Below, in pieces: positions 34,108 through 43,145 of a stretch of 64,000 bases of DNA; position 1 is the stretch's first letter, and each line of letters opens with the position of its first letter. The position numbers and the translations under genes are program-made. The DNA comes from Candidatus Woesearchaeota archaeon (GTDB lineage: Archaea; Nanobdellota; Nanobdellia; Woesearchaeales; GCA-2686295). The notes beneath the pieces were generated by a model, which was not told the origin of the DNA, searched no databases, and worked only from the letters and a program-made list of their open reading frames with translations. The stretch covers positions 78,417 through 142,416 of the forward strand of contig JADHVI010000001.1 in the NCBI GenBank assembly GCA_016784125.1, read 5' to 3'.

Positions 34108-36318
34108 ATGAGTTTAGTAAAAAAAATAAGAAAAAGAGATGGTGTAACAGTTCCTTTTGATCAAGATAGAATAACCAAAGCAATCCTTAAAGCAGTTGTT
34201 GCTGTTCAGGGTCAAGATGGTGTTCTGTCAAAAAAATTGTCAGATAAAGTTGTTGAAAAATTAGAAATTCGTTTTGGTTCGACAAAGGTTCCTGAAGTTG
34301 AAGAAATTCAAGATTTAGTCGAAGAAACGTTGATGGATAATGGACAGCTGAGTGTCATGAAAGCTTATATAATTTATCGTTACAAACACGATTTAATTCG
34401 AGAAGAAAGGAAGGTTGTTATTGGAAAACCAACTCAATCAAAATTAACCATTAATGCTCTGAAGGTTTTAAAAGAGCGATATTTGTTAAAGGATTCTCAA
34501 GGAAAGATTGTTGAAACACCTAATGATTTGTTTATGAGGGTTGCAAGAAATATAGCAAAAGCAGATAGAATGTATGACCGGGATGCAGATATTAAAAAAT
34601 TAAGAGAAGAGTTTTTCGATATGATGGTTGACTTAGATTTCGTGCCAAACTCACCAACTCTGATGAATGCAGGCATGGATCTTCAACAATTAGCTGCTTG
34701 TTTTGTTTTACCAATTCAAGATAGTATGGAGGGAATATTTGGTACCTTGAAAGATGCAGCAATAATTCATAAGAGCGGAGGCGGAACAGGTTTTTCCTTT
34801 TCAAGGTTAAGACCAAGAAATGCAAATGTTAAATCAACTCAAGGAGTTGCTTCAGGTCCTGTTTCTTTTTTGACTGTTTATAATGCCGCCACCGAAGTCA
34901 TTAAGCAAGGCGGAAAAAGAAGAGGCGCAAATATGGGTGTACTAAGAATAGATCATCCAGACATATTAGATTTTATCAATTGTAAAGAGAAAAATGATGC
35001 AATCACAAATTTCAATATTTCTGTTGGTATAACTGAAGATTTTATGAAGTCGGTTGAAAGCGATCAAGATTATGATTTGATTAACCCTGCAACCAAAGAG
35101 ATAGTTACAAGGATGAGTGCGCGCATGGTTTTTGATATGCTTGTAAGTGCTGCCTGGAGAAATGGAGATCCTGGAATATTATTTATTGATAGGATAAATC
35201 AAGATAATGCAACACCTGCATTAGGTGAAATGGAAAGTACTAATCCTTGTGGTGAACAGCCCTTATTGCCTTACGAAGCATGTAATTTGGGATCTATTAA
35301 TCTTGGGAACTTTGTCGAAGAAGACAAATCAATTGATTGGGATAGACTTAAAGTAATTATTCACAGAGCTATCCACTTCTTAGATAATGTTATAGATATG
35401 AGTAGATATCCAATTCCCCAAATAACAAAAGTAGTTCGCGCTAATAGGAAAGTTGGATTAGGAGTAATGGGTTGGGGAGATATGCTTATCAAACTAATGA
35501 TTCCATATAATAGCGATGAAGGTGTGAACAAAGCTGAAGAAGTAATGTCTTTCATAAAGAAAGAAGCAGATATTGCTTCTTGTAACTTGGCTAAAAAAAG
35601 AGGAACTTTTCCAAACTGGACTGGTAGCATTTTCAATAAAAATAGTAAATACTTCAAAGGAGAACATTTAAAATTAAGAAACGCCACTAGGACAACGATA
35701 GCTCCAACTGGAACAATTGGTATGATTGCAGATGCTTCTGGTGGGGTTGAACCTTTGTTTGCTCTTAGTTATGTAAAAAGAGTTATGGATGGAAAAGAAC
35801 TGTTCTATGTTGATAAAAATTTCAAGAAGATGTTGGAAAAAAGAGGCTTATACTCAAAAGAGTTAATGGAGAAAGTTATAAATCAAGGATCAATAAGTCA
35901 CATTGAAGAGCTTCCTGAAGATATTAAGAGAGTGTTTGTAGTAGCACATGATATATCGCCCGAATATCATCTTAAAATGCAATCGGCTTTTCAGAAGTAT
36001 ACTGACAACGCCGTTTCAAAAACAGTTAATTTCTCAAATGAAGCAAGTATAAAAGACGTTGAGAATGTTTATATTTTGGCATATAAACTTGGTTGTAAAG
36101 GAGTTACCATCTATCGTGATGGTAGTAAAGAAAACCAAGTCATGAATCTGAATGTTAATCTCAAGAGAGAGAAAGAAGAAAAGAAAAATCAAGGGGTTGC
36201 TGATAAACCTACAGGGAAAAAAAGTGACATCTGTCCGGATTGTGGTGGAAAAATGAAATTCCAAGAAGGATGTGCTACTTGTATTTCTTGTGGTTTCTCT
36301 TATTGTTCGGCATCGTAG
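34108..36318 (+). CDS. nrdJ: Adenosylcobalamin-dependent (class II) ribonucleotide reductase
   Basis: N-terminal ATP-cone (VKKIRKRDGVTVPFDQDRI). Catalytic motifs ACFVL, NPCGEQPLLPYEACNLGS, TIAPTGT. C-terminal zinc ribbon CPDCGG...CATCISCG. I prefer the ATG at 34108 (AGGTG Shine-Dalgarno) over 34096. No intein. Confidence 0.9.
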   Translation: MSLVKKIRKRDGVTVPFDQDRITKAILKAVVAVQGQDGVLSKKLSDKVVEKLEIRFGSTKVPEVEEIQDLVEETLMDNGQLSVMKAYIIYRYKHDLIREERKVVIGKPTQSKLTINALKVLKERYLLKDSQGKIVETPNDLFMRVARNIAKADRMYDRDADIKKLREEFFDMMVDLDFVPNSPTLMNAGMDLQQLAACFVLPIQDSMEGIFGTLKDAAIIHKSGGGTGFSFSRLRPRNANVKSTQGVASGPVSFLTVYNAATEVIKQGGKRRGANMGVLRIDHPDILDFINCKEKNDAITNFNISVGITEDFMKSVESDQDYDLINPATKEIVTRMSARMVFDMLVSAAWRNGDPGILFIDRINQDNATPALGEMESTNPCGEQPLLPYEACNLGSINLGNFVEEDKSIDWDRLKVIIHRAIHFLDNVIDMSRYPIPQITKVVRANRKVGLGVMGWGDMLIKLMIPYNSDEGVNKAEEVMSFIKKEADIASCNLAKKRGTFPNWTGSIFNKNSKYFKGEHLKLRNATRTTIAPTGTIGMIADASGGVEPLFALSYVKRVMDGKELFYVDKNFKKMLEKRGLYSKELMEKVINQGSISHIEELPEDIKRVFVVAHDISPEYHLKMQSAFQKYTDNAVSKTVNFSNEASIKDVENVYILAYKLGCKGVTIYRDGSKENQVMNLNVNLKREKEEKKNQGVADKPTGKKSDICPDCGGKMKFQEGCATCISCGFSYCSAS

Positions 36319-36319
36319 A

Positions 36320-36943
36320 ATGACAAATAAGTTAGGTTTAGTACATGTTTATACAGGTAATGGAAAAGGAAAGACAACGCATGCAATGGGTATAGCTATG
36401 CGCGCAGTTGGTCAAGGTTTCAAAGTTTACGTTGTTCAATTTATGAAAGGTGGTGCTTACACGGGTGAATTCATAGCTGCTAAAAACTTTCTTCCAGCAG
36501 TAGATTTTGAGCAACATGGAAAACCTTGTGTGAAAGAGCAAAAGCAAATGAAGTTACGAGGTCTGGATGATAATAAACCACCATATTTTGATTATGTGAG
36601 AGATGATATTGATTGTGGTTCTTGCAGACATTGCTTTCTTAATGACACCGAACAAAGAGGATTTGTTAGATCGGCTTTTGATAAGGCTAAGGAAATTACT
36701 TCTTCAAAAGAATATGATTTGGTTGTGTTGGACGAAATAAATGTGGCGTTGGAATTTGACTTTATCAAAGTAGATGAGTTGAAACGTTTGATTAAAAACA
36801 AGAGTAAACATACAGAGTTAATTTTAACAGGCAGGGGTGCTTCAAAGGAGATAATGGCTCTATCAGACTATGTTAGTGAGATAAAGTCTATTAAACATCC
36901 TTTTGATGATGGTGTTTCTGCCAGGAGAGGAATTGAGTACTAA
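36320..36943 (+). CDS. cobA: CobA/BtuR-type cob(I)yrinic acid a,c-diamide (corrinoid) adenosyltransferase with Cys-containing insertion
   Basis: VHVYTGNGKGKTTHAMGIAMRAVGQGFKVYVVQFMKG, LVVLDEIN, LTGRGA, IKHPFDDGVSARRGIEY. I trimmed the track ORF (36272) to the ATG at 36320, 1 nt after the nrdJ stop. The insertion carries C-x28-C-x2-C-x2-C. Confidence 0.85.
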   Translation: MTNKLGLVHVYTGNGKGKTTHAMGIAMRAVGQGFKVYVVQFMKGGAYTGEFIAAKNFLPAVDFEQHGKPCVKEQKQMKLRGLDDNKPPYFDYVRDDIDCGSCRHCFLNDTEQRGFVRSAFDKAKEITSSKEYDLVVLDEINVALEFDFIKVDELKRLIKNKSKHTELILTGRGASKEIMALSDYVSEIKSIKHPFDDGVSARRGIEY

Positions 36944-37641
36944 TGAAACAAGCAGTTGTTTTAGCGGCGGGACAAGGAGTGCGAATGCTTCCTCTAACAA
37001 AAGAAATTCCAAAACCTTTGATTGAAATTAATGGCAAACCTTTTTTAGAATACCTTTTAAGAAATCTTGAGAAGGCTGGTTATGAAAAGGTTTTTTTAGT
37101 TGTTGGATATAAGAAGGAGAAAATCGAGGCGTTTTTTGAACATACAAGTTTTAACTTTGAAGTTGAACTTGTCGAACAAGAAGAAAGGTTTGGAACTGGT
37201 CATGCAGTAAGTCTGTTAAAAGATAAAATTAAGGGCAATTTTGTCTTATTAATGGGTGATAATTTGTACTCTGAGATTGATTTTGCAGAAGTCCCTCTTG
37301 AAGATGATAATAATTATGTTTATGGATATGTGCATGTTAATCCAAAAGGTTTTGGAATTCTAGTTCACGAAGAAGATCTTCTAATTGAAATTCAAGAGAA
37401 ACCAGAAATTTCACCATCAAATATAATTAATGTTGCACTGTATAAGTTTACTAATGAAATATTTGATGTTTTAACAAATATAGAGAAATCTTCCAGAGGA
37501 GAATTTGAATTGACTTGTGGAGTTAATCTGCTTGCTAAACAAAAGAAGGTAAAAATGAGTTTGTTAAAAGATTATTGGCTAAATCTTGGTGTTCCGGCCG
37601 ATATTCCCATTCTCATGCAATTTGTAAAAAATAATTTCTAA
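36943..37641 (+). CDS. Sugar-1-phosphate nucleotidyltransferase (GlmU N-terminal/RmlA-like fold)
   Basis: AVVLAAGQGVRMLPLTKEIPKPLIEINGKPFLEY and FGTGHAV. TAATG overlap with the cobA stop. Confidence 0.7.
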   Translation: MKQAVVLAAGQGVRMLPLTKEIPKPLIEINGKPFLEYLLRNLEKAGYEKVFLVVGYKKEKIEAFFEHTSFNFEVELVEQEERFGTGHAVSLLKDKIKGNFVLLMGDNLYSEIDFAEVPLEDDNNYVYGYVHVNPKGFGILVHEEDLLIEIQEKPEISPSNIINVALYKFTNEIFDVLTNIEKSSRGEFELTCGVNLLAKQKKVKMSLLKDYWLNLGVPADIPILMQFVKNNF

Positions 37642-37674
37642 AGATTTAAAAATAGTTTTCTCTTAGTCTAAACT

Positions 37675-38775
37675 ATGAAGACAGAAATATCTTCCTTGGA
37701 ATTATTGTATGTTGTTAAAGAACTACAGGATTTAGTCAATGGTAGAATTGACAAAGTTTATCAGAAAGACAGAGAATTTGTTCTAACAATGCATGTCAGA
37801 GCTAAAGGGAAAAAGATGCTCAGAATAATGCCTAATGCAATTTATACAACCGAGTACAAAGAAGATTTTGGTAGAGAGCTTATGGGGTTTTGTAAATTTT
37901 TAAGGAAGCGTTTATCTGGTGCTATGATAAAAAGTATTGTACAAAAAGGATTTGAAAGAATTGTAGAAATTCATTTTGAAACTAAAGGAGAATATTACCT
38001 AATGATTATAGAGTTGTTTGCAAATGGCAATGTAGTTATTTGTGATGATGAATATAAAGTCATAAGTGCGCTGGAGAGTCACAGATGGAAAGACAGAACT
38101 GTTAGAGGGGGTATAAAATATGAATATCCTCCAACACTTGTAAATACTTTAGAATTAAAGGAAGATGAATTCAAAGAAATCATTGTGAAGTCAGAATTAG
38201 ATTCCATTGTTAAAACACTGGCCATTAATCTCGGCCTTGGTGGATTGTACGCAGAAGAGTTATGTGTATTGGCGGGCGTTGATAAAACAAAGAAAAAACT
38301 CTCTTCAATCGAGATAACAAATTTGTACCAAGAATGGACTAAATTACTCTCTAAAAAAATATCTGCTAGAATTGTTGGGACTGAGATAATGCCTTTCAAA
38401 CTAAAACTTCTTTCAAAAGAAAAAGATAAATCTTTTGCCACATTCAATGAAGCAATTGATTCGAAATTCTCAGAAGGATTAATTGTTGCTCATGAGAAAG
38501 AAGGCGATAATCAGAAAAACAAGAAACTCAACACAATCCAAGTAATCATAAATCAACAGGAACAAACAATAGAAGGAATGGGGATAAGTTATGAAGAAAA
38601 CCAAGCCAAAGGAGAATTTATTTATGAACATTATAACGAGATAAAAATGATTCTCGCAGAGTTGGATGTTGCAAGGAAAAAGTTTTCTTGGGAAGAAATA
38701 AAAGAAAGACTTCAAAATCATAAAGTCATAAAGAAAATAGACGAAAAAAACGGTAAAATAACTATTGAACTATAA
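37675..38775 (+). CDS. NFACT-family protein (Rqc2/RqcH/FbpA-like), short form lacking the C-terminal NFACT-R region
   Basis: The N-terminus MKTEISSLELLYVVKELQDLVNGRIDKVYQ...VLTMH... is typical NFACT-N. It continues with an HhH-like AINLGLGGLYAEELC and a coiled coil. Only 366 aa. Confidence 0.65.
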   Translation: MKTEISSLELLYVVKELQDLVNGRIDKVYQKDREFVLTMHVRAKGKKMLRIMPNAIYTTEYKEDFGRELMGFCKFLRKRLSGAMIKSIVQKGFERIVEIHFETKGEYYLMIIELFANGNVVICDDEYKVISALESHRWKDRTVRGGIKYEYPPTLVNTLELKEDEFKEIIVKSELDSIVKTLAINLGLGGLYAEELCVLAGVDKTKKKLSSIEITNLYQEWTKLLSKKISARIVGTEIMPFKLKLLSKEKDKSFATFNEAIDSKFSEGLIVAHEKEGDNQKNKKLNTIQVIINQQEQTIEGMGISYEENQAKGEFIYEHYNEIKMILAELDVARKKFSWEEIKERLQNHKVIKKIDEKNGKITIEL

Positions 38776-40032
38776 TTACCATCTTAAGAATTTTTTAGCT
38801 GTGATTCTAGCTGCTTCTAAAATTTCTTCTTCTCCTTTAACTTTTCTGTTTTGCATGAGAATTTTTCCATCACAAATGGTTGTATCAACACAAGAAGCAT
38901 TTCCTGAATAAACAATATTGGAAACCAGATTATGATTTGGAACCATTTCTGGCACTTTGAGATCAATTAATAACAAATCAGCTAACTTTCCTTCTTTAAT
39001 TATTCCGCCGTCTAATCCAAAGCATTTAAATCCATTCAGCGTAGCTAATTTTAAGCATTCATCGGCAGGAAGAACCCTTGGATCATTATGACTATACTTT
39101 TGAATTAGTGCAGCAGTTTTCATGGTATTAAACATGCTCAAACTATTGTTGGAAGCCGCTCCATCAGTACCCAGACAAACATTGGATCCATACTTTTTAT
39201 AGAGTTGATAAGGGAAGATTTTGTTTATGGCCAACTTGAGATTTGAAACTGGGTTATGAACAACTTGAACATTTCTCTTTGCAAGAATCCTGACTTCTTT
39301 TTCATTAACCCACACACAATGAGCCGCAACTAATCTTCTACTAAGAAAGCCAATACTATCCAAATATTCTACCGGTCTCATCTTGTGCTTTTTTACACAA
39401 TCTTTAACCTCTTTTTCTGTTTCAGATATGTGAAAGTGAATTAAAATATCTTTTTCTTCCGTGAAATCTCGCATCCACTCTAAAAACTCTTGAGAGATTG
39501 TGTAGATGGAATGTGCACCCGAAGATATTTGCATTTTTGGATTAAAGTCCTTGTATTTTTCGTATAATTTTAAGTTCTTCTTAATCATCATCTTTCCTTG
39601 AAATCTACCAAGGAAATCTGTTAATGCCGTGTTGATACAAGCTCTCATACCCATATCTTTAACGGCCTGTGCAGAACTTCCAAAACGAAAATACATATCA
39701 TTAAAGTAAGTGGTTCCAGACTTAATCATTTCAAGACAGGCGAGCTTTGTGCCTATGTAAACTCTCTTCTCTGTAAGTCTGAGCTCATTAGGCCAAATCT
39801 TTTTCTTAAGCCATTCATTAAGCTGTAAATCATCAGCATAACCCCTAAACAAAGTCATTGCTGCATGTGTATGAGCATTTACAAAAGAAGGAATAACTGC
39901 CTTGCCAGAACCATCAATCTTAAATTCTGCTTCATGAATAATCTTATTCTTAATCTCAGAAATCTTATTATCTTGAATAAAAATGTCTTTCTTCTTATTG
40001 TTCAATAAAACGTTCTTAATTAAAATAGACAT
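38776..40032 (-). CDS. mtaD: 5-methylthioadenosine/S-adenosylhomocysteine deaminase (amidohydrolase)
   Basis: FVNAHTHAAMTLFRGYADDLQLNEWL, HFHISET, LGTDGAASNN. Confidence 0.85.
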   Translation of the reverse strand: MSILIKNVLLNNKKKDIFIQDNKISEIKNKIIHEAEFKIDGSGKAVIPSFVNAHTHAAMTLFRGYADDLQLNEWLKKKIWPNELRLTEKRVYIGTKLACLEMIKSGTTYFNDMYFRFGSSAQAVKDMGMRACINTALTDFLGRFQGKMMIKKNLKLYEKYKDFNPKMQISSGAHSIYTISQEFLEWMRDFTEEKDILIHFHISETEKEVKDCVKKHKMRPVEYLDSIGFLSRRLVAAHCVWVNEKEVRILAKRNVQVVHNPVSNLKLAINKIFPYQLYKKYGSNVCLGTDGAASNNSLSMFNTMKTAALIQKYSHNDPRVLPADECLKLATLNGFKCFGLDGGIIKEGKLADLLLIDLKVPEMVPNHNLVSNIVYSGNASCVDTTICDGKILMQNRKVKGEEEILEAARITAKKFLRW

Positions 40033-40055
40033 AATAGAACAATAAACCTTGTCAC

Positions 40056-41165
40056 TTATATTTTTTTCTCAGGAAATAACGATAAAACTCCTTCTTCACT
40101 TGCGTCACATATTCCTCTCTCTGTTATTAGTCCAGTAACAAGTCTTCTTGGTGTTACATCAAAAGCGAAATTAGCGGCGTTAGCGTTTTTAGGTGTTAAG
40201 AGAACCTCTTTTATTTCTCCTTCAAGCCATCCTCTGGCAAACTTAACTTCTTCATTTCCTCTTTGTTCAATTGGGATTTCTTTTACCCCATTTCTCATAT
40301 TCCAATCAAATGTGGAAGAAGGAAGTGCCACATAGAAGGGGATGTTATTATCTTTGGCGGCTAATGCCTTAAGGTAAGTTCCTACTTTGTTGGCTACATC
40401 ACCTGTATATGTAGTTCTGTCGGTTCCTACGATGCACATATCAACCATTGAATGCTGCATTAAATGTCCGCCAACATTATCAGCGATTACTGTGAAAGGA
40501 ACTTTGTGTTGTTCTAGTTCCCACGCAGTCAGTCTTGCACCCTGGTTTCTTGGTCTGGTTTCATCAACCCAGACGTGTACTTTAATTCCTTTATTGAAAG
40601 CTTCATAAATTGGGGCTGTAGCTGTTCCATAATCAACGAATGCCAACCATCCTGCATTGCAATGAGTTAGAATATTAACAGGTTTGCCATTCTTTTGTTT
40701 GCTAATATCTTCAATGATTTTAGAACCGTGCTCGCCAATACTCTTACAAAATTCTGCGTCTTCATCTGCAATTTCTTTTGCAGTTTTCAAAGCAGCTTCA
40801 ACTTTTTCTTTTGTAGAACCATATTTATTCATTTCTTTTATCTGTCTCTTAACAGCCCACGAAAGATTTGTGGCAGTTGGTCTTGTAGCAATTAGTTTAT
40901 CGGCTAACATTTGAAGTGTTTTATCAAAAGAATCTGATTTGTAGGCTTCCAACGCCGCAATGTACATTCCATATCCTGCAGCTGCGCCAATAAGTCCTGC
41001 GCCACGCACATGCATATCCTTTATTGCGACAATCATATCTTCTACAGTTTTCAAATCCTCAATTATGAATTCATGAGGAAGATTTCTTTGGTCAATGATT
41101 TGGACTGTTTCTTTATCACTCTCTTTTAACCAAATTGTTCTATGGTGTTTACCGTCGACTTTCAT
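40056..41165 (-). CDS. mtnA: Methylthioribose-1-phosphate isomerase (eIF-2B alpha/beta/delta family)
   Basis: VQIIDQRNLPHEF, MHVRGAGLIGAAAGYGM, THCNAG, VDETRPRNQGARLTAWEL, VGTDR. Confidence 0.8.
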   Translation of the reverse strand: MKVDGKHHRTIWLKESDKETVQIIDQRNLPHEFIIEDLKTVEDMIVAIKDMHVRGAGLIGAAAGYGMYIAALEAYKSDSFDKTLQMLADKLIATRPTATNLSWAVKRQIKEMNKYGSTKEKVEAALKTAKEIADEDAEFCKSIGEHGSKIIEDISKQKNGKPVNILTHCNAGWLAFVDYGTATAPIYEAFNKGIKVHVWVDETRPRNQGARLTAWELEQHKVPFTVIADNVGGHLMQHSMVDMCIVGTDRTTYTGDVANKVGTYLKALAAKDNNIPFYVALPSSTFDWNMRNGVKEIPIEQRGNEEVKFARGWLEGEIKEVLLTPKNANAANFAFDVTPRRLVTGLITERGICDASEEGVLSLFPEKKI

Positions 41166-41206
41166 CTTATAAATAAGAAAAGATTGAACATATAAAAATA
41201 TTTAGA

Positions 41207-42187
41207 TTATTTTTGTTGTATTATATCTTTTATATTTTCTTTCAAAGAAATGCTTAATCTTCCACCATATTCTGTTACAACTCTCGAAGCTGTATAATTG
41301 GCTATCTTGGCGGCTTCTTCAACTTTGTAACCATTTGTTATGCCAAACAAGAATCCTGCAGCAAACATATCGCCTGCACCCGTTGTATCAACAGTTTCAA
41401 CTTTGAATCCTTTAACTTTATGAATTATGCCTTTATTGCTTATCAGTGCACCTTCCTTGCCAAGTTTTACAATAGCTATCTCGCACATTTTTGAAATTTC
41501 TTTCAATGCTTCTTCCTTCTCTTTTCCTGTAAGTATTTTGGCTTCATCTTCATTAGCGATTATGATATCTGCAAATTCTTCTAAGATTTTCAAAATGTCT
41601 TCTTTGCATCTCTTAACAAGAGAAGGATCAGAAACATCAATTGCAATTTTCTTTTCATGTTTCTTCGCTTCTTTTAAGGCTTTCAAAGCCATCTGTCTAA
41701 GGTTTGGTTCTTCAAGAATATATCCAGTAACATAAATGATCTTGCTGTTCTTTATGTCTTCAATAATGACTTCATCTTCATTCAAAGTAATTGCTGCTCC
41801 TAAATGAGTAATCATTGTCCTTTCAAAGTCTGGTGTAACAAGAGCAGTGCAAGAACCAGTAGTGACATTACCTTTAATCAAAGTTGGTTTGATGCCGTCC
41901 TGTGTCAAAGTTTCTTCAATGAACAAACCATTTTTATCATTGCCAACTTTTCCACAAAAAACAGCTTTACCGCCAAGGTTAGCAATGCCCATCATAGTAT
42001 TTACAACATCGCCTGCAGGTTTAATACCAGTTTCTTCATTTTTCAATTTGTTAAGTAGGTCTGTGGCGGTTTTTTCATCCACGAAGTTAACAGAACCTTT
42101 TGTTAAGTTTAATTCGCCAACTTTTTCTTCAGCAACTTTTATGACTGTATCCACCATAGGGTTTCCGAGTCCAAAAACATCATACAT
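41207..42187 (-). CDS. PfkB-family nucleoside/sugar kinase (adenosine-kinase-like)
   Basis: FGLGNPMVDTV at the N-terminus and the DTTGAGDMFAAGFLFG signature. Confidence 0.75.
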   Translation of the reverse strand: MYDVFGLGNPMVDTVIKVAEEKVGELNLTKGSVNFVDEKTATDLLNKLKNEETGIKPAGDVVNTMMGIANLGGKAVFCGKVGNDKNGLFIEETLTQDGIKPTLIKGNVTTGSCTALVTPDFERTMITHLGAAITLNEDEVIIEDIKNSKIIYVTGYILEEPNLRQMALKALKEAKKHEKKIAIDVSDPSLVKRCKEDILKILEEFADIIIANEDEAKILTGKEKEEALKEISKMCEIAIVKLGKEGALISNKGIIHKVKGFKVETVDTTGAGDMFAAGFLFGITNGYKVEEAAKIANYTASRVVTEYGGRLSISLKENIKDIIQQK

Positions 42188-42259
42188 AAAGATAGGTTTT
42201 TCTAAAGGGTTTTTTAATTTTTCCCAAATTTTATAAATAAAAATGATTATTGCAAAACC

Positions 42260-43144
42260 ATGAGTATTTTTTTGCGTAGATATGAGGAATTAGGAGAAAT
42301 ATTTGCTCCTGAAGAATTTGTTTTGAAGAAGTCTTTAAGAGTTAATACTTTGAAGAATTCTGATTCTGTGCTGATTGAGAGATTAAAAAAAGAAAAAATA
42401 AAATTAGTAAAAATTCCTTTTCTTGATAATGGATATTTTTACGAATCAGATTTCTCTTTGGGTGCAACACCTGAATACTTACAAGGATACTACTATTTAC
42501 AAGAAGCTGCAAGTCAATTGCCCGCAGCAGTTTTAGATCCTAAGTCGGATGAATTGGTTCTTGATATGTCTGCTGCACCAGGCGGAAAAACAACTCAGTT
42601 AGCAGCTTATATGCAGAACAAAGGTTCAATTATGGCTCTAGACAATAATGTTCATCGTTTAGAGTCTTTACGAAATAATATTGAAAGACTTGGTGTAACA
42701 AATACATTAATTTACAAGAAAGATGCTCGTTTTGCAACTGACTTCAAGTTAGGGTTTGATAAAATACTATTGGATGCACCTTGTTCAAGTAATTTTGCAG
42801 ATGAGGAGAATTGGTTTCATATGAAATCTGTTGAAGGATTTAAAGAAAGAGCAAGATTGCAAAAAGAGTTACTTAAAGCAGCTGTCAAAAGTTTGAAGAA
42901 AGGTGGTGTGCTGGTTTATTCTACTTGTACTTTGGAACCAGAAGAAAATGAGCTTAATATTAATTGGTTGCTGAACAAATTTAATGATTTGAGTTTAGAA
43001 GAAATTAATCTTTCCATAGGTGATCCTGGTTTGACGGATGTTTTTGGAGATAAATTAAATCCTGAAATCAAGAAATGTAAACGGTTCTGGCCTCATAAAA
43101 CAGGAATACAAGGTTTCTTTATAGCAAAAATCAAGAAAAAATAG
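42260..43144 (+). CDS. NOL1/NOP2/Sun-family RNA m5C methyltransferase
   Basis: VLDMSAAPGGKTTQLA, LLDAPCSS, YSTCTLEPEENE. Confidence 0.88.
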   Translation: MSIFLRRYEELGEIFAPEEFVLKKSLRVNTLKNSDSVLIERLKKEKIKLVKIPFLDNGYFYESDFSLGATPEYLQGYYYLQEAASQLPAAVLDPKSDELVLDMSAAPGGKTTQLAAYMQNKGSIMALDNNVHRLESLRNNIERLGVTNTLIYKKDARFATDFKLGFDKILLDAPCSSNFADEENWFHMKSVEGFKERARLQKELLKAAVKSLKKGGVLVYSTCTLEPEENELNINWLLNKFNDLSLEEINLSIGDPGLTDVFGDKLNPEIKKCKRFWPHKTGIQGFFIAKIKKK

Positions 43145-43145
43145 T

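Noticed and set aside
36272-36319. N-terminal extension of the cobA ORF overlapping the nrdJ 3' end
   Set aside because: The extension (MLLVFLVVSLIVRHRR) is hydrophobic read-through of the nrdJ zinc-ribbon region in another frame. The conserved CobA N-terminus begins at the ATG at 36320.
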